A stretch of DNA of 62,803 nt, counting the filler, from Octopus bimaculoides (taxonomy: Eukaryota): NCBI RefSeq assembly GCF_001194135.2. It is 3 parts of 3 records of this genome, joined end to end, with 100 filler letters (N's around TTAATTAATTAA, not from the genome) between each part and the next. Parts side by side here need not be neighbours in the genome. Positions count along the whole stretch, not along the records: positions 30,213 to 55,141 come from NC_068993.1; positions 55,242 to 62,803 come from NC_068986.1; 1 more part is not named here. One strand, 5' to 3'. Made by a program: the position numbers and the translations under genes. The notes beneath the pieces were generated by a model. It saw only the letters and a program-made list of their open reading frames with translations. It was not told the origin of the DNA and did no database searches. Shown here piece after piece: positions 53,711 through 62,803 of the stretch. How positions within the stretch are numbered: position 1 is the first letter of the stretch; every line of letters begins with the position of its first letter.

Positions 53711-53987
53711 ATGTCGGGGACGTAAACACACCAGCATCTGTTGTCAAGCGATGTTGGGGGGATAAACACAGATACACACACACACACAAACACACACACG
53801 CACACACACACACATATATATGTACGACAAGCTTCTTTCAGTTTCCGTCTACCAAACCTACTCACAAGGCTTTAGTCGGCCTGAGACTATAGTAGAAGAC
53901 ACTTGCCCAAGGTGCCACGCAGTGGGACTGAACTCGGAACCATGTGGTTGGTAAGCAAGCTACTTACGACACAGCCACTCCTGCGCC
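53711..53987 (-). mobile_element. tRNA-derived SINE copy fused to a second SINE family (53560-53710)
   Basis: Same head as 32078; the adjacent segment matches the 34960-35127 family. Confidence 0.8.
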
Positions 53988-54162
53988 TATTATAAAAGTA
54001 ATAATTTTATAGTATACTGTTTAAAGCCTGTTCACAGTATTTGGCTACCTGATGACATCAACAGTATGGAAGTATATGCCACTCGGTTTACTCCAGGAAT
54101 TTCTTTGCGTCCGTAGGATTTATATAAATATGCTACACACACACCCACATACATACATGCAT

Positions 54163-54232
<70 letters not shown>

Positions 54233-54961
54233 GGGAGAATTTACGAAAAAAACAACAACAAACGAGGACAGGTGGTGTAAACAACAAAAGGATGTATTAG
54301 TTTAACGCTCGGGAATAGAGAAAGTCTTTAACGTTTCGAGCTACGCTCTTCAACAGAAAGAATAAGAAGAAAAACAAGGAGAAAAACACGGACAAAAAAA
54401 ATTTGAATGTTGTGGTCAGCGATCTATCTATATATATATATACATATATAAATATATATATATATATATATGCATACACACACACGCATTTATATAAATA
54501 TGCTTATAAAAGTATGAGATATATATATAGATCTATATATGTATACATATATACATGTATATGGATGGATGGATGTATGAGTATGTGTGTGTATATATAT
54601 ATGCGTAGATATATCCAAATAATTCTACACATACATATAAATGCGCATACACATCTTTGGCAATTCTGAACACTAATAGCTGCCCATCACCGTGTTCTTC
54701 TACCTCGTTCTCGTTCGGCATCTTCATTCTAACAGAACACTGCAGATCGGACAATTATGGCAAGACGGTTGAAAATACGTCTTCAATTGATGCCGTTCTA
54801 AATTCTATATATTCTTTGGTAAATTTGGTAACGCGCCTTCCTGACATAGCAGCGGGTCAGAGTTTGACCTCACCATTCTACTCCAGCCAAACAGAGAAGG
54901 AGAAGCCTGCTTTCGTAAATGAGACGTCAGACAATGCGTATAGTGGGTGAGGTGTGTGTGT

Positions 54962-55000
<39 letters not shown>

Positions 55001-55241
55001 TGTGTGTGTGTTGGGGGGTAATCGACGCTCGCATGCGCGTGTTTCTATCTATCTATCTATCTGTGTGTGCGTGTGTGTATGTGCGTGTGCGTGTATTTAT
55101 GAATATATATTTGTACATATGTGTATAGATATATGCATATANNNNNNNNNNNNNNNNNNNNNNNNNNNNNNNNNNNNNNNNNNNNTTAATTAATTAANNN
55201 NNNNNNNNNNNNNNNNNNNNNNNNNNNNNNNNNNNNNNNNN

Positions 55242-56370
55242 AAGTTGGTCTTAATTGAGAATTTTTGTCCTTGCTGAAATGTGAATTCCGAGCCTTCAGT
55301 TATGTATGGGCATGTACCACAATTAGGTCGTCTGCATTTTTTAACTGTTGGTATCGTTTGTATTGAGTATAGTTTTGGATTTATTAGGAGTCTGTTGAGT
55401 GATTTGTCTTGTCTTTTGCATTTTAGTAGTTTGTGTGTATTTAGGATGCTGTTCATTTTCGGGTCTTGAGTGAGCAGAGGGAGATTTTGTATAATTGTGT
55501 TGTATGCTTCATTGTTTCTGGGGTTGTGGGTTGATATGTATGGGAGTGATTTAGGGTGAGGTCTGGTGTTTTGTTTTGTTGTCCTTGGTGTATTTGTGTC
55601 CAATTTCTTGGCACGTTTAATTCTATGTTCGATATGTGTAGGTGGGTATTGGCGTTCAATGAGTGTTATTTTGAGTTCTTGTAGGCGAAGTTCTCGAGTG
55701 GTTGTGTCAGATACAATTGTACAGATACTTTTTGCTAGATTGAATGGGATATTTTGGTGTGTTTAGGATGGCATGAACAGAAAAAGAGATACTNNNNNNN
55801 NNNNNNNNNNNNNNNNNNNNNNNNNNNNNNNNNNNNNNNNNNNNNNNNNNNNNNNNTTTTAAGTCTGTTAGTTTGTAGTAGATGTCGGTTGCAATTTGGT
55901 TGTTGGACATTTTTAAAATCAAAATGTCCAGAAATGGGAGCTGTTCCTTGCTATATTCCATTGTAAATTGGATGTTGGGGTTAATATTATTCAATGTGGA
56001 TTTAAAATCCAGAAGTTTATCATAGGTTTCATTTCAGATGATAAAACAATCGTCTAGGTACCTTTTCCAGTTTTCTCTTATATACTGATGGAATGGGGTT
56101 CCAAATTTTTGGAGCGAAAGTTCATATAGGGTAGATTCAAAGAAACCCATTATTAGGTTCGCAAGGACAGGCGCTGTTTTCGTTCCCATCGCTTTACCGC
56201 ATTTTTGGCGGTAGTATGTTGTCTCGAAGAGGAAGTAATTGTTTTGTAAGATGAACTTCAGGGATTCAATGACAAAAGTCTGGTTTATGCGGTCCGGGAG
56301 AAGTTCGGGGTATTTTTCTAACCAAAATGTTATTGCCTCTATTACGTAGCCATGTGGAATGTTAGTGTAG
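55242..56370 (-). mobile_element. Penelope-like element (RT plus linker toward GIY-YIG), decayed
   Basis: FILQNNYFLF..YYRQKCGKAMGTKTAPVLANLIMG..WKRYLDDCF..LNNINPNIQFTME..LPFLDILI..TDIYYKLT; later CRRPNCGTC; stops and gaps present. Confidence 0.9.
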
Positions 56371-56386
56371 AGGTTGATATACATAT

Positions 56387-56449
<63 letters not shown>

Positions 56450-56671
56450 CATTTCTTTTATTAGCCACACAGGGCTCAACGAAGATGGGACAAATACAAT
56501 GTAGAGCTTTTCTTTTTGGAAGGGGGAAAGGAAGGAAAAAAAAAAAAAAAAAAAATTGGTGGTGTCGATCAAAAGGAAGGGAAAAAGGGGCAGTTCGATC
56601 AAAAGGGATCGAAAAAAAAGAAAAGGAAAGGCCGATCAATAGGGATCGTGTATAGGTAGATAGATAGATAA

Positions 56672-56731
<60 letters not shown>

Positions 56732-57075
56732 GGCCATAAATGACAGAGAAAGTTTAATGAAATTTTATTAAACAATAAGAAAATTGTAATATCACGGCAA
56801 ATTGTTTCGTAACTTCAAAACATGTAAATAGTTTATATTATTATATTTAATAATAAATAAATTACTTACATGCCTGCATTAATGCAAAATGCAGACAAAA
56901 TACTTCAAAATAATGCAGAATTTAAGCTACGACTTCAGTAGAGATTCTGCATTATTTTTAAGAACTATCGCATTTTGCATTAATAAAGGTACATAAGCAA
57001 CTTATTCATTATCAAATATGATAATATAAATTATTTACATCATTTTAAGCTACACGAAACTGCTTCGGAGGTTGT

Positions 57076-57693
57076 TGTGTCCTAGCATATGTGCTGCTTC
57101 TTTTCGTTTTCGTATTTTCCACTGGTGTTCTCTGTCTATTATTTCAACTTCATCCCACAGGGAGAGGTGGCCTCCATTTTTCCATACATGATCAGCTATA
57201 CCCGATTTATCAATATCTCCTCGTGTCACAGCTTTGCGATGTTCCTCTACCCTTATTTTGAGGGGGTGACATGTTTCACATTTGTATAACCTACCACAGC
57301 TGCATGGATGGAGTACACACAGTCTTTGGTCATATTCTCTATTGGTGGTTTTACTCGAAGGAGATATTTGCGAAGTGTATTAATATCTCAAATATCTCAT
57401 ATATTAATATCTCTTCACCAGTATAGAAGAGAATATGACCAAAGACTGCGTGTACTCCATCCTATGCAGCTGTGGTAGGTTATACAAAGGCGAAATATGT
57501 CGCCCCCTCAAAATAAGGGTAGACGAACATCGCAAAGCTGTGACACGAGGAGATATTGATAAATCGGGTATAGCTGATCATGTATGGAAAAATGGAGGCC
57601 ACCTCCCCCCGTGGAATGAAGTTAAAATAATAGACAGATAACACAACCGAAAAATACGAAACCTAAAAGAAGCAGCACATAAGCTAGGACACA
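57076..57693. mobile_element. Penelope-like GIY-YIG 3' fragment as an inverted pair (57076-57340 minus; 57428-57693 plus)
   Basis: CVYSILCSCGRLYKGEICRPLKIRVDEHRKAV..KSGIADHVW..KEA; the left arm is the reverse complement with scattered substitutions. Confidence 0.88.
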
Positions 57694-60183
57694 TTATATA
57701 AATGCAACCGACAAAGAATTATGTATACATAACAGCACGAAACCTTACGGCTATATACAACAGAAGAACAAAATAATAATTATACATATACCACACATAC
57801 AACAGAAAGAGCTTTACAGCTATCGAACGAACTTAGAGGGGTTGCGCAAAGATGAAATGGAGTAAGTCCTAGTGGACGTAGCAGGAGCCCAGACCAGCAT
57901 GACCAGTCAGCTCAATGGCAGGGCGAAAAAGAACAACACCCCTTCACAGGACACAGGACACAGGTCACGTGGTAGGGAAGAGGAAGTATTGAGAGAAGAA
58001 AAGAGTGGGAGAAGAGAGAGAGAACGAAAGAGGACAGGGATTGGTGAAACAGAGTGAAATAGAGAGAAGAGAATGGTACAAGAGAGGCAACAAAGGTGAA
58101 AAGGGAGGGTAAGAGTGGGGAAAGGATCAGAATAATAGTAGAGGTGGAAAGAGACAGAGTAAGATGGAAAGCAGGGGGACAGAGAGAGAGAGAGAGAGAA
58201 CGAAAAAGAAAGGGAGACACAGAGAGAAGAGAAAAGAACAAAGGAGGCAAGCAGGGGCGGAAACAGAGAGTGAGAGTGGAGAAAGAGACAGTGTAAGGGT
58301 AGCGGTGGATACAGATAGAGAGAGTTAAGAGTTACACCATAAATATTCAAGGAATAAAGTAAACAAGCAGGGTGTGCGTTGCGCTACATGAATATATCAA
58401 GGGTTGAACAGAACACAACAAGGAGAAAAAATTAGGCGAAGACAGAGCAAACGGGAAACTAGACGAAAACTTAACGGACGGGAAATTAAATAAAGACACA
58501 ATACACAATATATACAAACGCCTGTGTTAGAATAGGGGTAGCTGATGAGGGAAAATGTTCTCTATGTGGCCTGTGTGTGTTCTGTACTTTAGTTATTATT
58601 ATTTTTTTGTCTACGTTTTGTTTGCAACGTCCTGTACCCNNNNNNNNNNNNNNNNNNNNNNNNNNNNNNNNNNNNNNNNNNNNNNNNNNNNNNNNNNNNN
58701 NNNNNNNNNNNNNNNNNNNNNNNNNNNNNNNNNNNNNNNNNNNNNNNNNNNNNNNNNNNNNNNNNNNNNNNNNNNNNNNNNNNNNNNNNNNNNNNNNNNN
58801 NNNNNNNNNNNNNNNNNNNNNNNNNNNNNNNNNNNNNNNNNNNNNNNNNNNNNNNNNNNNNNNNNNNNNNNNNNNNNNNNNNNNNNNNNNNNNNNNNNNN
58901 NNNNNNNNNNNNNNNNNNNNNNNNNNNNNNNNNNNNNNNNNNNNNNNNNNNNNNNNNNNNNNNNNNNNNNNNNNNNNNNNNNNNNNNNNNNNNNNNNNNN
59001 NNNNNNNNNNNNNNNNNNNNNNNNNNNNNNNNNNNNNNNNNNNNNNNNNNNNNNNNNNNNNNNNNNNNNNNNNNNNNNNNNNNNNNNNNNNNNNNNNNNN
59101 NNNNNNNNNNNNNNNNNNNNNNNNNNNNNNNNNNNNNNNNNNNNNNNNNNNNNNNNNNNNNNNNNNNNNNNNNNNNNNNNNNNNNNNNNNNNNNNNNNNN
59201 NNNNNNNNNNNNNNNNNNNNNNNNNNNNNNNNNNNNNNNNNNNNNNNNNNNNNNNNNNNNNNNNNNNNNNNNNNNNNNNNNNNNNNNNNNNNNNNNNNNN
59301 NNNNNNNNNNNNNNNNNNNNNNNNNNNNNNNNNNNNNNNNNNNNNNNNNNNNNNNNNNNNNNNNNNNNNNNNNNNNNNNNNNNNNNNNNNNNNNNNNNNN
59401 NNNNNNNNNNNNNNNNNNNNNNNNNNNNNNNNNNNNNNNNNNNNNNNNNNNNNNNNNNNNNNNNNNNNNNNNNNNNNNNNNNNNNNNNNNNNNNNNNNNN
59501 NNNNNNNNNNNNNNNNNNNNNNNNNNNNNNNNNNNNNNNNNNNNNNNNNNNNNNNNNNNNNNNNNNNNNNNNNNNNNNNNNNNNNNNNNNNNNNNNNNNN
59601 NNNNNATATATACATATATATATATACATATACATACATACGTACATGTGTGTGTTGTGTGCGCATGTGTGGAGGGAGTGGGAGTGATGAAAACTTTCGT
59701 ATGTGCACACACATATATATATATATTTACATACAATTATAAATGTATGTACATTTGTGTGTACATAACGTTGAACTTTTGTAAGAGAAGAAAAACAAAG
59801 AAGAGTGCTAGTGATATGGTGTTGTTCTTGAGATATGTTGAGAAAAAAGAGTACACAGACCGGAAAAGAAGAGGGTGAAAGGGTATAAGGTATAATTTGA
59901 GAGAAGGCGAGAGAGAGAGAAAGAGATAAGGTGTGCGGTTACGCATAACGTTGAATTATGTAAGAGGGAAGGGAATAGAAAGAGAAATGCTGATATCTGT
60001 ATAGAGAGAAATAAGGAAAAATAGATAAGAAGAAATAGAGACATAGAAACATAACGAAAAAGAGAGAGAGATGTAGGATTGTGAGAGGTTTAGATAACCA
60101 TAATGCTGAATTATGTAAGAAAATGAAGGAAAGTGTAGAAGAGAATAGGCGGAAAGGGATAGAGTAGAGAGACAGACACAGAG

Positions 60184-60336
60184 AGAGAGACAGTGGAGAG
60201 AGAGAGACAGTGGAGAGAGAGACAGTGGAGAGAGAGACAGTGGAGAGAGAGACAGTGGAGAGAGAGACAGTGGAGAGAGAGACAGTGGAGAGAGAGACAG
60301 TGGAGAGAGAGACAGTGGAGAGAGAGACAGTGGAGG
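60184..60336. repeat. 15-bp minisatellite (AGAGAGACAGTGGAG)n, about 10 units
   Basis: Directly visible; source of the ERQWR/LSTVS/HCLSL ORFs. Confidence 0.95.
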
Positions 60337-61090
60337 GAAAGAGAGTGGAGAAAGAGAGAGGGGCATGGAGCTGATGAGAATGGAAGAGAGGTGACTGATG
60401 AGATGTAGAGAGAAAGATTGGTGGAAAAAGAAAAGAGAAAGCGATATGGATAGACACACACACACTAACCCAAACACACACACACAGCCAGAGAAAGACA
60501 GCGAGAGAGAGAGAGAGAGGTGGGGTGGATGTGTGCGAGTGTTGAAGGCGGTGATGGATGTGACGAAGAGAAGGGCCATGAATGAATAATGGTGAATCGT
60601 GTAAAAGACTTCAGTTGTTTCATTGTGGTTTCATCAATCATCAAATACTTCCAACTACTGCACACATACTGTAGTAAGGTGTGTATATATGTGCGTATAT
60701 ATATATATATATGTATGTATTTACACACACACACAAGCACACACACACACACATGTGTATACGTACATATATGTGTGTGCATGTGTGTGTGTATGTCAAT
60801 ATACGTATTTACGTACTTAACCATGTATACATTTATTCATGGGCTTGTATATATGTGTGTATGTATATATGTGCGTGTATATACGTATATTATGCATATA
60901 TATATATAGATATATACATAAATATACACATATGCATATGCATATATGTGTATGGCTATATATATATATATATGTGTGTGTGTGTATATATATATGTATA
61001 TGTTTGTATGTATATATATATATGTAGATATATATATGGACAAGCACACACATATATGCGTGTGTGTGTATATATATACATATACATACG

Positions 61091-61155
<65 letters not shown>

Positions 61156-61771
61156 NNNNNNNNNNNNNNNNNNNNNNNNNNNNNNNNNNNNNNNNNNNNN
61201 NNNNNNNNNNNNNNNNNNNNNNNNNNNNNNNNNNNNNNNNNNNNNNNNNNNNNNNNNNNNNNNNNNNNNNNNNNNNNNNNNNNNNNNNNNNNNNNNNNNN
61301 NNNNNNNNNNNNNNNNNNNNNNNNNNNNNNNNNNNNNNNNNNNNNNNNNNNNNNNNNNNNNNNNNNNNNNNNNNNNNNNNNNNNNNNNNNNNNNNNNNNN
61401 NNNNNNNNNNNNNNNNNNNNNNNNNNNNNNNNNNNNNNNNNNNNNNNNNNNNNNNNNNNNNNNNNNNNNNNNNNNNNNNNNNNNNNNNNNNNNNNNNNNN
61501 NNNNNNNNNNNNNNNNNNNNNNNNNNNNNNNNNNNNNNNNNNNNNNNNNNNNNNNNNNNNNNNNNNNNNNNNNNNNNNNNNNNNNNNNNNNNNNNNNNNN
61601 NNNNNNNNNNNNNNNNNNNNNNNNNNNNNNNNNNNNNNNNNNNNNNNNNNNNNNNNNNNNNNNNNNNNNNNNNNNNNNNNNNNNNNNNNNNNNNNNNNNN
61701 NNNNNNNNNNNNNNNNNNNATTAGTATTATTATTATCATTATTATTATCATTATTATTATTATTATTATTA

Positions 61772-61841
<70 letters not shown>

Positions 61842-62099
61842 CATCATCATTTCGTTGTGTAATGGTAGCAGAGGGTCTCGGTCGTTCATTGGTTATTATA
61901 ACGTGTTGCCGTCAATCTTGTATTGTTTTGTAGTATGGGCTGTAGAACAAGCAGTGGTTCCAGTTGTGTTGAAGTTTATGCGCCAGTAATAGCGTAACAT
62001 TTCAGCTGTATTTTATGGGTGTATTCATTTGGCAATTGTGGGGTTGGTGGTAGTATGTGTAGTGGTAGTATGGTGGTGTTGAAGTAGTTGTTCTAGCTG

Positions 62100-62407
62100 C
62101 AGTACCTACAATCTGGTGATTGTAGTGCATTGGTTTGATTGCTGTAGATCTGGCAGTAGTACAAATGGTAATAGTGTGTGAGGTTTAATGTTGTAGCTTT
62201 CGTGGTAGTACTAGTGGTCGTAATGTGTTGGTATCGGTGCTGCGGCTTTGGTGGTAGTATTAGTGGTTGTAGTTCATTGGTATTGATGTTGTGGCATTGG
62301 TGGTAGTACTACTGGTTGTCGTGTGTTGTTATTGGTGCTGTGGCTTTGGTGGTAGTATTGGTGGTTGTAGTTCATTGGTATTGATGTTGTGACTTTGGTG
62401 GTAGTAC
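62100..62407. repeat. 49-bp minisatellite with alternating A/B units
   Basis: The c(t/a)ttggtggtagta anchor recurs at 62246, 62295, 62344, 62393. Confidence 0.9.
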
Positions 62408-62724
62408 NNNNNNNNNNTATATATATATATATATTATATATATGTGTGTATGCATTTATGTGCGTCCGTATACATTACTGCACACTATCAATATGTTGTG
62501 TGTTGTGCGTGTGAGTTGTGATGATGGCGGCTTTGGCGGTGGTGGTGGTGATCATGGTGGGGAGGGATACATCAATCATACGTCTACTTCGCGAGGGGAG
62601 CTGGCGTAGATAGTATGGCTGATCAGAGATATTGTAGGTGTTGCTGTTATTGTTGTTGTTGTTCTCGTTGTAATTAGTATTATTATTATCATTATTATTA
62701 TCATTATTATTATTATTATTATTA

Positions 62725-62791
<67 letters not shown>

Positions 62792-62803
62792 CATCATCAT
62801 TTC

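Noticed and set aside
54657-54950. 97-aa plus-strand ORF in a non-repetitive island
   Set aside because: No recognisable motif or convincing splice sites; the minus frames contain stops; left unassigned.
62040-62407. Thr-rich mucin-like coding repeat on the minus strand
   Set aside because: 49-bp period shifts frame each unit and stops occur.

Overview
AT-rich, microsatellite-saturated eukaryotic scaffold with many N gaps and two artificial 100-bp joins (44N-TTAATTAATTAA-44N at 30113-30212 and 55142-55241). The SINE and microsatellite content looks like an octopod cephalopod genome (inference from recalled repeat sequences, not proven). The only recognisable host genes are two convergent SLC22-family (MFS organic ion transporter) paralogues. 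Gene B (minus, 40090-50461) has 9 coding exons, one partly hidden in a 10-N gap, about 545 aa if that exon matches the paralogue's size. Gene A (plus, 31489-35356) shows 4 internal exons; its 5' exons and last exon are not visible. The rest is decayed transposons (R4/Dong-like RLE LINEs, RTE LINEs, Penelope-like elements, Tigger/pogo, Tc1, mariner, tRNA-derived SINEs, a MITE) and simple repeats. Most interesting signals: a 359-bp tandem dimer carrying a minimal hammerhead-like motif with a family-wide core variant (retrozyme-like); a ~96% identical inverted repeat between the 3' ends of the SLC22 pair; RLE LINE fragments abutting (TACA)n and (TAA)n microsatellites; interlocked inverted repeats at 13.9-14.4 kb; unusual motif substitutions in the transporters; and an orphan terminal exon at 29.3-29.6 kb. 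Most ORFs in the supplied track are microsatellite or N read-through artefacts.
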